A stretch of 64,000 nt of DNA. Source: a virus. The stretch spans positions 15,359-79,358 of the IMG/VR virus record IMGVR_UViG_3300032287_004273. One strand, given 5' to 3'. Below the pieces are notes generated by a model that did not search any database, was not told the origin of the DNA, and saw nothing but the letters and a program-made list of their open reading frames with translations. The stretch's first letter is position 1. Each line of letters opens with the position of its first letter. The position numbers and the translations under genes are program-made. This document shows positions 48,925 through 59,199 of the stretch, one piece after another.

Positions 48925-49533
48925 ATGAACCACGACGTAAACTTCAAGTGCTTCGTCCGCAGATCACACTTTACTAAAAATAATATGGACAAAGAGGTGT
49001 ACGACCCCTGCATTGCATTTGCCCTCCAATCAATCTCAGGAAAAATCATAACATTTCATATCATGACTGATTACGGAATGCTTCGCTCCAGAGTTCCAAT
49101 ATCAGAAATATTCCTTAAGCCGCCAGGACATGATATCCCCTATCACTACAAACAACTTTGGGACTGTTTTGGCGAAAAGGCTGAAGTCATAAGCTATAAA
49201 TATTTGAAAGAAAAGAGATGCCAAGTCATTTTAAAAGATAAAAAATTAATCTGGGCAACTTATATGTTTACTGTGGATTGGTATGACAATCCTTATAGCG
49301 AAGAACCAACCGATTACAAGTGTGGTCACATCCTAGCTGCAGATGACGGTTATTTATTATGTCAACCAAACAATAGAATATATTGGAAAGACTCGAATTT
49401 CATTTGCCGCGATTTTCCAATTGACAAAAAGGATATTAAAGTAGATCATGAGTTATTGTCTGTAGAAACTGCATCCGATAAATGGGTGTCAGAAGATACG
49501 GACTCATTTTACTACAATATCAATGAAAACTGA
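48925..49533 (+). CDS. conserved phage hypothetical
   Basis: QLWDCF, YMFTVDW, QPNNRI motifs; GTGTAA upstream. Confidence 0.7.
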   Translation: MNHDVNFKCFVRRSHFTKNNMDKEVYDPCIAFALQSISGKIITFHIMTDYGMLRSRVPISEIFLKPPGHDIPYHYKQLWDCFGEKAEVISYKYLKEKRCQVILKDKKLIWATYMFTVDWYDNPYSEEPTDYKCGHILAADDGYLLCQPNNRIYWKDSNFICRDFPIDKKDIKVDHELLSVETASDKWVSEDTDSFYYNINEN

Positions 49534-50116
49534 ACAACTGAAAGTATTCACATCGACAAAAGAACTGCTCGAACACTATTCTGACATCTCAACAGAAAAG
49601 AAAGATGAAATTGGCCACAAACATTTCATGATTTCAATTGAGCATCAGCTCAAATGGTTCAATGGCGGTTTAGGATCTATCACTTATTTTGAAACAATTA
49701 AAAATGATAAAATAGCTACAACCAAAGGCGAGTTTCTGTATAGCATGCACACAGAATATGTAAAAAATCTTTATGTAGGAGAAATTAAAAATGATAAAAT
49801 AACTGAACCCGTATATATTAAAGCAGATGGGTTCGATGATTGCTTGGTTGGATTGGGATTCCGTTTTGGCAATAGGGGAACCTTAGTTTATGATCAAGCA
49901 AAAGTAATCGATCGACTAATTAAAGACAGTGACGGGAGGATGTCTGAAGATGAAGCTTTAGAATATTATGAGTTCAATATCCTCGGAGCGTTTGTCGGCG
50001 AGAACATGCCAATCTTCGTAGAAAAATGCACTATGAAGGATATCAACGATCTAATTGAGGATGAATGTCCGCAAGATGAATGCTGTGGTGGAGGATGTCA
50101 CCAAACAGATTCGTAA
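49523..50116 (+). CDS. hypothetical protein
   Basis: C-terminal ADGFDD...EALEYYEFNILGA phage domain. Confidence 0.65.
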   Translation: MKTEQLKVFTSTKELLEHYSDISTEKKDEIGHKHFMISIEHQLKWFNGGLGSITYFETIKNDKIATTKGEFLYSMHTEYVKNLYVGEIKNDKITEPVYIKADGFDDCLVGLGFRFGNRGTLVYDQAKVIDRLIKDSDGRMSEDEALEYYEFNILGAFVGENMPIFVEKCTMKDINDLIEDECPQDECCGGGCHQTDS

Positions 50117-50517
50117 GATCCATTATCTAAAGTATAAAATATATTTTTAAAGCCCAAACCCTGCAGGACTTTCATACAGTTCTGACAGGGTTTTGCTATT
50201 TTTACTTTATCTTCATTATCGATTCGCACATTAACAAAAGTAAATTTAGAACAATCAGTTTTACCTATTTTAATAAGAGCGTCAATTTCAGAATGAATTG
50301 AAGCAATGTATTTTTCTGGATTGTCTTTAAATCCCTTGTAAACTCCAAAAATGTTTCTTCTGTGCAATTTTTTAAGATTATTTATTCCTATGCTTATTAA
50401 CTTATTCTTATTGTAAACAAAAGTTACATGAAAGGCTCTGCCCGTTTGCCTATCTTTCTTTAAGCATTTGGCTATTTCTATACATTTTTTTATTTTGGTA
50501 GTTGCGCTCTTAGTCAC
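50098..50517 (-). CDS. cytidine/deoxycytidylate deaminase-like protein (start uncertain)
   Basis: IGIN, HSEIDAL, KPCQNC. Confidence 0.75.
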   Translation of the reverse strand: MTKSATTKIKKCIEIAKCLKKDRQTGRAFHVTFVYNKNKLISIGINNLKKLHRRNIFGVYKGFKDNPEKYIASIHSEIDALIKIGKTDCSKFTFVNVRIDNEDKVKIAKPCQNCMKVLQGLGFKNIFYTLDNGSYESVW

Positions 50518-50551
50518 ATTAAGAGTGTAAAAAGATAAAAGGAATAAGTCA

Positions 50552-51448
50552 ATGCCATTTCTAAAATATTCAAACCTACCAGTTTTTGCAGAGTTTACTA
50601 TTGAAAATACTGCCCCATCAAAAATTGTAAATAAAGTTTTCATGGCTACAGAAGCTACTTTATCATTGGATGCAAATTTATCTCCGAATCGTTATCTAGG
50701 GAAAACTCAAGTTAGAAATGACTTTTCTTTAACTGGTCCACTAGAAGGCAAGTTTTCGATGTCTTTTATACCAATTGTAGAAAAAGACCAAGTAACGGTA
50801 ACTAACATACAAAAAGAAAATCAAACTGGATTTTTTGGGCTTACTGGAGATTTTCCTAATGGACATCAAATATTTTTTTCAAATTTCTTACTTAAAAAAG
50901 TATATCTTCAAGGCTATTCAGTAAAAATAAATCCATATCAACCAGTTTCCGTTTCAGCTAATTTTGTAGCTTATGACGTAACATCTTTAAAAGGACAGAT
51001 ATTAAATGAATTTACTACTCCATTAATTGTGCCCAAAACTCCATCTAGTCCATACTACGAATCTCTTCACGCATTAACTACAAAGATGGATGGATCTACA
51101 ACGAATATTCCATCAACTAAAATTTCAATAGAAGTGAATGTAGATTGCCAAAGAACTCCGCTTTATACATTAGGACAGCAAACTCCAGATTCAGTAACGC
51201 TAACTGCTGCAGAAAGAACAACAACAATACAAGGCGAAAATGTAGGAGCTATTATTGATATAACAGGAGCGAATCCAGGCGCTACAAATATACATTTTCT
51301 TCCATTAAGTAAAAGCGCTCAGACACCTGCGGCTGGCAATAATTCTTTATCATTTGACATAAATGGAAGAATTACATCGCAACAAATTTCTGTTGCGCAA
51401 AATTCAGTACTTAATGGAAGAGTTGTTATAAAAGAAGTGATTTTATAA
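50552..51448 (+). CDS. probable virion structural protein (tail-tube-like, beta-rich)
   Basis: Thr/Ser/Val-rich composition, late motif upstream. Confidence 0.4.
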   Translation: MPFLKYSNLPVFAEFTIENTAPSKIVNKVFMATEATLSLDANLSPNRYLGKTQVRNDFSLTGPLEGKFSMSFIPIVEKDQVTVTNIQKENQTGFFGLTGDFPNGHQIFFSNFLLKKVYLQGYSVKINPYQPVSVSANFVAYDVTSLKGQILNEFTTPLIVPKTPSSPYYESLHALTTKMDGSTTNIPSTKISIEVNVDCQRTPLYTLGQQTPDSVTLTAAERTTTIQGENVGAIIDITGANPGATNIHFLPLSKSAQTPAAGNNSLSFDINGRITSQQISVAQNSVLNGRVVIKEVIL

Positions 51449-51462
51449 TTTATAATATAAAA

Positions 51463-52203
51463 ATGGCAAAAAAACCAATCCTCAAAAGTGGAAAAGATTT
51501 AAATATTTCCCCTAAACAACACGAAAAAGTTAATTTCAAGCAAAGGCCCTTTAAGTTTTCCGAAAAACAAAAACAATTTCTAGAATTAGCTTTATGCGAT
51601 GATTCTAAAATAATTTTCTTAGCTGGACCAGCAGGAACATCCAAAACTTACATGTCGGTATATGCAGCAATTAATTTGCTTGCGAAAGATACGAATAAAG
51701 AAATAATTTATGTAAGAAGTATTGCCGAAAGCGCTGAAAAAGGACTCGGCAGTTTACCAGGCGAGGCAGATCACAAATTCGAACCATTTGTGACTCCACT
51801 TTGGGAAAAAATCGATGAAATGGTTTCGGAAGAGCATGCTGTATGGTTGAAAAAAAGCGAATTGTTATCTGCGAAGCCTATAAATTATCTTCGAGGCGCA
51901 AGTTGGGCGGACAAATTAATTGTTGCAGACGAAGCTCAGAATTTTTCTTACAAAGAATTAGTTACGCTTATTACCCGTATTGGCGAAAATAGTAAAATGT
52001 TTATTTGTGGAGATTTTATGCAAGCGGATGTAAAGTCTAGCGGATTTAGACAAATGTTTAATTTATTCAATGATCAAGATTCACAAGATAATGGAATTTT
52101 TTGTTTTGAATTTGATAACAACGACATTTACAGGAGTGGAATCTTAAAATTTATTATTATTAAATTGCAACAAGAAAAAGATAAAGAAAAGAGTAGTTCT
52201 TAA
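51463..52203 (+). CDS. phoH: PhoH-like ATPase
   Basis: GPAGTSKT, LGSLPG, YLRGAS, DEAQN, TRIG, GD..Q.D. Confidence 0.93.
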   Translation: MAKKPILKSGKDLNISPKQHEKVNFKQRPFKFSEKQKQFLELALCDDSKIIFLAGPAGTSKTYMSVYAAINLLAKDTNKEIIYVRSIAESAEKGLGSLPGEADHKFEPFVTPLWEKIDEMVSEEHAVWLKKSELLSAKPINYLRGASWADKLIVADEAQNFSYKELVTLITRIGENSKMFICGDFMQADVKSSGFRQMFNLFNDQDSQDNGIFCFEFDNNDIYRSGILKFIIIKLQQEKDKEKSSS

Positions 52204-52248
52204 TTTTATTTAAAATATATTTTCTCATTTGATTATAATGTAGAAAAT

Positions 52249-52626
52249 ATGGCATTCATATTCTGTTCCAACTGCGGCTCAAAAGCCGAATATAGCTTTT
52301 CTGCTCCAAACTTTTGTTCAAAATGTGGAGAATCTTTTTCTGGTAAAAAAAATACGTTTAAATTTGCTCCAGCAAATCAAATAAATCCTAATGTTGAAGA
52401 TATTGATGATGAAGAAGAGTCTGATAATGATTCCGAATCTTTTTATTCAAATTCAATAAGAGTGCCTCGAATAAGAAATATCGAAGTTGATATTTCTAAT
52501 TCTGAAATTGGAGCTAGAATAGTAAAAATGTCTGATTTAATTAATGGCAATCATAATCAGCAACCATTTAAAGCTGGGAGTCGCCAAAATTTAAACGAGG
52601 CAATTGATGAGCGGAAATCAAATTAA
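52249..52626 (+). CDS. zinc-ribbon protein
   Basis: CSNCG...FCSKCG. Confidence 0.7.
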   Translation: MAFIFCSNCGSKAEYSFSAPNFCSKCGESFSGKKNTFKFAPANQINPNVEDIDDEEESDNDSESFYSNSIRVPRIRNIEVDISNSEIGARIVKMSDLINGNHNQQPFKAGSRQNLNEAIDERKSN

Positions 52627-53308
52627 AAAATTTACATTTGAAGAAAAATGCGATGTTGTTAGCAAGGCTATAAACAAAAAAAGAAATAAATGGCAATTAA
52701 CAGCCATAACTTGGATGGATTTTGATGATGTTTCTCAAATAATTAAACTTCATATATATAAAAAATGGAACATGTGGGATCAGTCAAAGCCACTTGAGCC
52801 TTGGATAGGTAGAATAATAGCAAATCAACTTAAAAATTTAATTAGGAACAACTATACTAATTACATAAGACCCTGCTTAAATTGCCCTCACAATGGTGGA
52901 GAAGATCAATGCCTGATTTCTCCCAATGGAATTCAAAATAATTTTTGTGAATTGTATGCAAAGTGGGAAAAGCAAAAGAAAAATGGTTATGATTTAAAAA
53001 TGCCATTACCGCTAGAAAATCATAAGAAAGAAATTGAAGAAACTATAGATAGTTCATTCTTTTCGTTTGATAATGTGGATTTGCTGAATGGCGAAATGCA
53101 GAAAGTTTTAACAATAAAGCAATATAATGCATACATTATGCTTTTCTTTGAAAAAAGAGATGAAGAAGATGTTGCTCGATTTATGGGTTATAAAACTACT
53201 GAAAAAAATAGAATGATTGGTTACAAGCAGATAAAAAATTTGAAGAAATTGTTCAGAGAAAAAGCTGCTGAAATTTTAAAAAACAAAGATATTTTTTATG
53301 GAACCTAA
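52604..53308 (+). CDS. divergent sigma-factor-like protein (candidate late sigma)
   Basis: FDDVSQ...WDQSKPLEPWI..IIANQLKNLIR resembles region 2; Cys insert; region-4-like C-terminus. Confidence 0.6.
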   Translation: MMSGNQIKKFTFEEKCDVVSKAINKKRNKWQLTAITWMDFDDVSQIIKLHIYKKWNMWDQSKPLEPWIGRIIANQLKNLIRNNYTNYIRPCLNCPHNGGEDQCLISPNGIQNNFCELYAKWEKQKKNGYDLKMPLPLENHKKEIEETIDSSFFSFDNVDLLNGEMQKVLTIKQYNAYIMLFFEKRDEEDVARFMGYKTTEKNRMIGYKQIKNLKKLFREKAAEILKNKDIFYGT

Positions 53309-54362
53309 ACCTTCAAGTTTAAGTTTTGAGCAAGAACAATTTATATTAAATAATTATAAATTAGTCAAAGACTTAAACGTTTTGACTAAAAAAGTTTTTG
53401 AAGACGAAAGTCTTGATGGCAGATCAATTGAGGGCAAATTAATACGCGCATTTTTAGTAAGAAATAAGTTAACTTATAAAACTACAAAACATACAAAAGT
53501 AGATGCGATTGAATTAACCGAGGCAAATAAACATTTCATAATGCAATCTGCTGAAAATGGCATGAGTTCGTTTGCGATTGCCGAGTTACTGTTTCCAGAT
53601 AGGCAAGTAAAGAAGCTGGGAGCCGAACAGAGGGCTGTATTAGAACATATACGTACAGTTAACGAAGATTTCGTCCCAAGTCAAGAAAGTGGCTTATTGA
53701 CGCAATATAGCCCACCTAAATCTTATCCAAGATTAATTAAAAAAGTTTTCGATTCTACAGGCACTCAATTAGAAGAATTAAAACTCGCAAGAAATCAAAA
53801 AAATTGCTTGGATAAAATGGCAATTAATTTATCAAACTCTCGATTCATTAAAATAATGAATAACTATACCTCTAAAGATGATCGTAATCTTTTTGAGGAA
53901 GAATTTGTTAGATTAACTTGGGATAAACCAGATTTAACTGCTGACGAATTAAATTTATATATGAATGTTTGCAAGGAAATTATTAATTTGGAAGTAATAA
54001 GCAAACATTTGAATAAATTAAATGACTTATTTGAAGATGCGCAAGATCAAAACGAAATGACTGTTAAATTAGCTGAAATCATTAAAGCTAAAAGTGGCGA
54101 GTATCATCAATGCGAAGGAAGAATTGAAGCTTTAACAAAAAAACTTCAAGGAGATCGTTCCGAAAGAATGAAAAACAAACAAAGAGAAAATGCTTCGATT
54201 CTTTCACTAGTTCAAATGTTTCAAGAGGAAGACGAACGCAAAAACATGGTTAGAATTGCTGAAATGCAAAAAGAATTAGTTTCCAAAGAAGCTCAACGTC
54301 TTGAGGGCATGGCTGCATTTAAAGCTAGAGTTTTAGGAATATCAAAAGAAGATGTCATTTAA
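53298..54362 (+). CDS. HTH/coiled-coil protein, possible terminase small subunit
   Basis: Position upstream of TerL; helical. Confidence 0.4.
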   Translation: MEPKPSSLSFEQEQFILNNYKLVKDLNVLTKKVFEDESLDGRSIEGKLIRAFLVRNKLTYKTTKHTKVDAIELTEANKHFIMQSAENGMSSFAIAELLFPDRQVKKLGAEQRAVLEHIRTVNEDFVPSQESGLLTQYSPPKSYPRLIKKVFDSTGTQLEELKLARNQKNCLDKMAINLSNSRFIKIMNNYTSKDDRNLFEEEFVRLTWDKPDLTADELNLYMNVCKEIINLEVISKHLNKLNDLFEDAQDQNEMTVKLAEIIKAKSGEYHQCEGRIEALTKKLQGDRSERMKNKQRENASILSLVQMFQEEDERKNMVRIAEMQKELVSKEAQRLEGMAAFKARVLGISKEDVI

Positions 54363-55272
54363 CTGTTTAGAGTGTGAACAAGAATTTGATTCCGAAAGAT
54401 CTCTCCATGCGCACATAAAAAAGCATGGAATTTATCTTCATGATTATTTCGTAAAACATTTTTCACGTAGAAATCTATTAACCAATGAATTACTTCCGTT
54501 TAAAAATAAAGAATCTTATTTTGAGTATGATTTTAATAGTGTGTCTGAGGTTTACGCTTGGTGTGAGACTGCTAATCAAAAAACTGTCAGAAATTATATA
54601 TTAAGCAAGCTCGAAAGTAGAATTAAAAGTCGAAATTTAACTTTTGCACCAAATGAAATTGAACTTTATACAAGCATGCTTCCAAGCATATCTATATATA
54701 AAAAATTTTTTAAAAGTTATACGTTTGCATGCGAAGAAATTGGGGCAAGGCCAATGTTTAATGCAAAAATTCCAGATGGATTCTGGAATAATGACTCAAT
54801 TAAAGATTTAATAATTTTAACTGACACTAGGGAGCAGGAACCTTTATTTTTTGAAAAACAATTAGTTAGAAAACTTGATGTTGGCGACTATGCGATCCAA
54901 GATCATTTTGATTATACATTTGTTGACAGAAAATCCGAAGGGGACTTCAAGTCAACATTAAGTAAAGACAATTTTTTAAGATTTAAAAGAGAACTAGATA
55001 GATGTAGAGCAATGGATTGCTATTTATTTGTTGTCATAGAGTCCGATTTAAAAAAATTAGACGACTCGAATAAAAAATCAGCTCACAAAGCAAATATGAA
55101 ATATATTTATCATAACATGCGAGTATTGCAGCACGAATATAGAGATTGTTGCCAATTTGTTTTCTCTGGAAATAGAAAAAATAGCGAATATTTAGTTCCA
55201 AGAATTTTATTTCATGGAAAAAAGATTTGGAATGTTGATTTACAATATTTCATTAACGAAAAAAAATTATGA
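54352..55272 (+). CDS. C2H2 zinc finger plus ERCC4-type nuclease
   Basis: CLEC...H...H; DTREQ, GDY, DRKS..D, VVIE. Confidence 0.8.
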   Translation: MSFNCLECEQEFDSERSLHAHIKKHGIYLHDYFVKHFSRRNLLTNELLPFKNKESYFEYDFNSVSEVYAWCETANQKTVRNYILSKLESRIKSRNLTFAPNEIELYTSMLPSISIYKKFFKSYTFACEEIGARPMFNAKIPDGFWNNDSIKDLIILTDTREQEPLFFEKQLVRKLDVGDYAIQDHFDYTFVDRKSEGDFKSTLSKDNFLRFKRELDRCRAMDCYLFVVIESDLKKLDDSNKKSAHKANMKYIYHNMRVLQHEYRDCCQFVFSGNRKNSEYLVPRILFHGKKIWNVDLQYFINEKKL

Positions 55273-57128
55273 GTTGGGAACTTGGAAATCAAAAGAGTAG
55301 AAATATTAACAAAGATATTAATAAATTAATTCTTGAAAGAGAAGGTTTTCTGGACGAGAGGGAAGCTAAAGTTTTATTGTATAAATTTCTAAGAGAAAAT
55401 CCATCTTTCACTTCTGAGCTTTTAACTGGAGTAGAACTATTTCCATTTCAACATATGGCCATAAAGGCCATGTTTCAAACTGATTATTTTTTAGGAATTT
55501 GGAGTCGCGGTCTTTCAAAATCGTTTACCACTGGCGTTTTTGCTATTTTGGATGCAATTATGCATCAAGGCGTTCATATTGGCATCATATCTAAATCATT
55601 TCGTCAAGCAAAAATGATTTTTAGGAAGATTGAGGAGATTTCTAAGACAGTTAAGGCTTCTATGTTCGCAGAGGCCATTACAAGGGTTTCTAGAGGCAAT
55701 GATGAGTGGTTTATGGAGATCGGTAGATCTCGAATTACGGCACTGCCATTAGGTGATGGCGAAAAACTTCGTGGTTTTCGTTTTCAAAGAATGATTATCG
55801 ATGAATTTTTGTTGATGCCAGAAAAGATCTTTACAGAAGTTATAACTCCATTCTTGGCAGTTGTAGAAAATCCAACTGAAAGGCAAAACATTCACAACAT
55901 GGAAAGCAAAATGATTGCCGAAGGAAAAATGACCGAAGACGAAAGAACGATTTGGCCCAATAATAAAATTATTGGATTATCTTCTGCAAGTTATAAGTTT
56001 GAATATCTTTACAAGATATACCAAGAATACGAAAATTTAATTAATGCAGAAAATAATAAAAATCTAGCTCATAGAGTGATCATGCATTTTAGTTATGATT
56101 GTGCGCCAAGTCAATTGTATGATGGAGCTGCATTGCAGCAAGCAAAAGCGACTTTAAGTGAGTCTGCTTTCGAAAGAGAGTATGGAGCTGTTTTCACAGA
56201 TGATAGCAGTGGTTACTTCAAAGTAAGTAAAATGATGGCGTGTACAATTAAAGATGGCGAAGGTCAATCTGTTGAAATTGCTGGTGACCCAAATGCCAAA
56301 TATATCCTAGCATTCGATCCTTCTTGGTCAGAATCAGAAGGATCTGATGATTTTGCAATGCAGGTCATTAAATTAAATCAAGAAAAAAACACTGGAACTG
56401 TTGTGCATAGTTATGCGATAGCTGGAACTCCATTAAAAGAACACATATTTTATTTTCATTACTTATTAACTCATTTTAACATTGTTTGCATGGTTGGTGA
56501 CTATAATGGTGGCGTTCAATTTTTGAATTCCGTAAATGAAAGTGAACTTTTTAAAAATGCAAAGTTAAAAATTGAAACATTTGACGCTGATTTTGAAAAT
56601 TTGCAAGAATATAATGAAGCAGTCAGGAATTGCAGAAATCAATATAATTTATCTCAAAAAAGAATATGTCATTTAAGGAAGCCATCTTCTGGCTGGATTA
56701 GATATGCAAATGAATTGTTGCAGGCAGGCTTTGACCATAAAAAAATATTCTTTGCTGGAACCGCAATGAATGAAGACTATCAATCACAAAGAAATAAAAA
56801 TATCCCAATAGATGAAATTAAGTTTTTGCGCGTGGAAGATGAAAATCAAAGCTCTGGCGCGAAGATAATTGATTTTATTGAACATCAAAAAGACATGTTG
56901 GATTTAACTAAGGCTGAATGCGCCTTAATTCAACCTAGTACTACGACAAATGGAACTCAGACTTTTGATTTGCCACCTAATTTAAAAGGGCAAAAGGGTC
57001 CAGATAGAGCAAGAAAGGATTCTTATTCTGCGCTTATTTTAGGTAATTGGATCATGAATGTTTATTATGACATGATGACTGTGACAGTGCAAAAACCCGC
57101 TACATTTATACCAATGTTTATAAAGTAA
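55269..57128 (+). CDS. terL: terminase large subunit
   Basis: LFPFQ, SRGLSKS, LRGFR, IIDE, SSA, FEREY, AFDPS, KDSYSA. Confidence 0.9.
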   Translation: MSWELGNQKSRNINKDINKLILEREGFLDEREAKVLLYKFLRENPSFTSELLTGVELFPFQHMAIKAMFQTDYFLGIWSRGLSKSFTTGVFAILDAIMHQGVHIGIISKSFRQAKMIFRKIEEISKTVKASMFAEAITRVSRGNDEWFMEIGRSRITALPLGDGEKLRGFRFQRMIIDEFLLMPEKIFTEVITPFLAVVENPTERQNIHNMESKMIAEGKMTEDERTIWPNNKIIGLSSASYKFEYLYKIYQEYENLINAENNKNLAHRVIMHFSYDCAPSQLYDGAALQQAKATLSESAFEREYGAVFTDDSSGYFKVSKMMACTIKDGEGQSVEIAGDPNAKYILAFDPSWSESEGSDDFAMQVIKLNQEKNTGTVVHSYAIAGTPLKEHIFYFHYLLTHFNIVCMVGDYNGGVQFLNSVNESELFKNAKLKIETFDADFENLQEYNEAVRNCRNQYNLSQKRICHLRKPSSGWIRYANELLQAGFDHKKIFFAGTAMNEDYQSQRNKNIPIDEIKFLRVEDENQSSGAKIIDFIEHQKDMLDLTKAECALIQPSTTTNGTQTFDLPPNLKGQKGPDRARKDSYSALILGNWIMNVYYDMMTVTVQKPATFIPMFIK

Positions 57129-57162
57129 CTTTAAAGTCAACTTTTAAGTGTAATAAATTCGT

Positions 57163-59199
57163 ATGTCTGAAAAAAGGAAGTATAATAAAAAGTCTGAATA
57201 TTGGAACTCTTTCAAAAAAAAGAATTTTCCAAAGCAAGTTGAAATTTCTCAAGGTTCAATGAGTGTTTCAATTCCGCCAATAGCTGCTGGAGAACCTTTT
57301 TATACTTCTGACGCTTCATATTCAAGAGGTGGCGATTCTAATAAAAATTCAGACAATAGAAATAACTCCTCTAGAGTTAATAGATCCGCATTATCTACTG
57401 TAGTTAATAGATTTAGCAGTATTAGATCTGGGTTGCTTCCTTATGAATATGCTTCTGATGGAGTAAACGTAAGAGAAGCTATTGAGCTTTGTCAAAAAGC
57501 TTATGCAAACGTTGCAATTTTTAGAAATTCAATCGATGTTATGGCAGAATTTGCAAATTCGGAAATATATTTAGAAGGCGGTAATAAAGCGTCAAGAGAT
57601 TTCTTTTATAGATGGTTTAACAAGATTAGATTATGGGATTTGAAAGATCAATATTTTAGAGAGTACTATAGAAGTGGAAATATTTTCCTTTATAGGATTG
57701 ATGGACAGCTTTCCCTAGAAGATTTTTCAACACTTTCTAAAACTTATGCTGCTGAAGGTTTAAAGCCAGATAAAATACCAATTAAATATATTCTGCTTAA
57801 TCCATTCGATATTGTAGCTCAAAGAAGCTTGAGTTTTGTTGGAACTTCTTATCAAAAAATTCTTTCGGAGTATGACATGGAAAGATTACGTAATCCAAAA
57901 GATGATTACGATAGAGAAGTTTTTAATGCTTTGCCAAAAGACGTTAAGGAAAAAATAGAAAAGGGTCAATATTACTCAAGAGGACTTTTAGTAGAAATTG
58001 ATAAGGAAAAAGTTTCTTACAGTTTTTATAAGAAGCAAGATTATGAACCTTTTGCAGTTCCATTTGGATTTTCTGTATTAGAACCAATTAATGCGAAATT
58101 AGAATTGCAAAAAATGGATCAAGCAATCACAAGAACTGTTGAAAATGTCATTTTATTGATAACTATGGGTGCCGAACCCGAAAAAGGTGGAATTAATCCA
58201 CAAAATCTTTATGCAATGCAGCAACTTTTCATGAATGAAAGCGTTGGTCGCGTTTTAGTTTCCGATTACACAACAAAAGCTGAATTTATTATCCCAGACA
58301 TTTCTAAAATCATTGGTCCAGAAAAATATCAAGTATTAAACGAAGATATTAGAAATGGCTTGCAAAATATAATGCTTGGTAGTGAAAAATACAACACTAC
58401 AGAAGTGAAAGCTCGCATTTTCATGGATAAATTGAATGAAGCTAGAAGAGCATTTTTAAATGACTTTTTGCAAAGAGAAATAAATAGGACTGCAAAAAAT
58501 TTAGGCTTTAGACAAATTCCTGTTGCTAAATTTACAGACATTGATTCAAAAGATCAAACCGAATTACTAAGAATAACAACAAGATTAATGGAATTAGGAA
58601 TCATTACTCCTCAACAAGGCTTGGATGTATTTAATACTGGCAGATTTCCAAATTCTGAAGAGATTGGTTCGACTCAAGATCAATTTGTTTCAGAAAGAAA
58701 GAAGGGTTATTATAATCCTTTAGTTGGTGGAGTTCCAGTTATCGCGCCACCAGCTCCAAAACTTCCAGCGGGAGCTTCTCCAGCAGTAGCAAAGCCAGCC
58801 GCTCCAGCAAAAAACACTACTCCTAAAGTAGCTGGAAGACCAGTTGGTAAAAAAGCTCCAAGCAAAACTATTAAAGGATATTCTCAAAAAAATATTCAAA
58901 AAGTAATATATAGCGCTGAAACTTTAAAGGAAAATATTGAAAAATTACTTTTGAAAAAATTCGAAAAACAAGAACTAAGTAAATCTCAATCAGAAATGGC
59001 AGATAAGTTATGCGAGTCAATCGTTTGCTCTTCAGAAATGCAAGATTGGAATGAAACAGCCGAATCTTGTGTAAACGATATAGATCAAATTATTGAACTC
59101 CAAACTATTAGTGAAATTTTAGATATTTCTGGAGAGCATGAGTTAGAAACTTATCCATCTGCAATTTTATACCATTCAGAAAAAAATGAGCAAATATAA
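57163..59199 (+). CDS. portal protein
   Basis: Position after TerL, size, IFRNSIDVMAEF/REYYRSGN pattern. Confidence 0.75.
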   Translation: MSEKRKYNKKSEYWNSFKKKNFPKQVEISQGSMSVSIPPIAAGEPFYTSDASYSRGGDSNKNSDNRNNSSRVNRSALSTVVNRFSSIRSGLLPYEYASDGVNVREAIELCQKAYANVAIFRNSIDVMAEFANSEIYLEGGNKASRDFFYRWFNKIRLWDLKDQYFREYYRSGNIFLYRIDGQLSLEDFSTLSKTYAAEGLKPDKIPIKYILLNPFDIVAQRSLSFVGTSYQKILSEYDMERLRNPKDDYDREVFNALPKDVKEKIEKGQYYSRGLLVEIDKEKVSYSFYKKQDYEPFAVPFGFSVLEPINAKLELQKMDQAITRTVENVILLITMGAEPEKGGINPQNLYAMQQLFMNESVGRVLVSDYTTKAEFIIPDISKIIGPEKYQVLNEDIRNGLQNIMLGSEKYNTTEVKARIFMDKLNEARRAFLNDFLQREINRTAKNLGFRQIPVAKFTDIDSKDQTELLRITTRLMELGIITPQQGLDVFNTGRFPNSEEIGSTQDQFVSERKKGYYNPLVGGVPVIAPPAPKLPAGASPAVAKPAAPAKNTTPKVAGRPVGKKAPSKTIKGYSQKNIQKVIYSAETLKENIEKLLLKKFEKQELSKSQSEMADKLCESIVCSSEMQDWNETAESCVNDIDQIIELQTISEILDISGEHELETYPSAILYHSEKNEQI

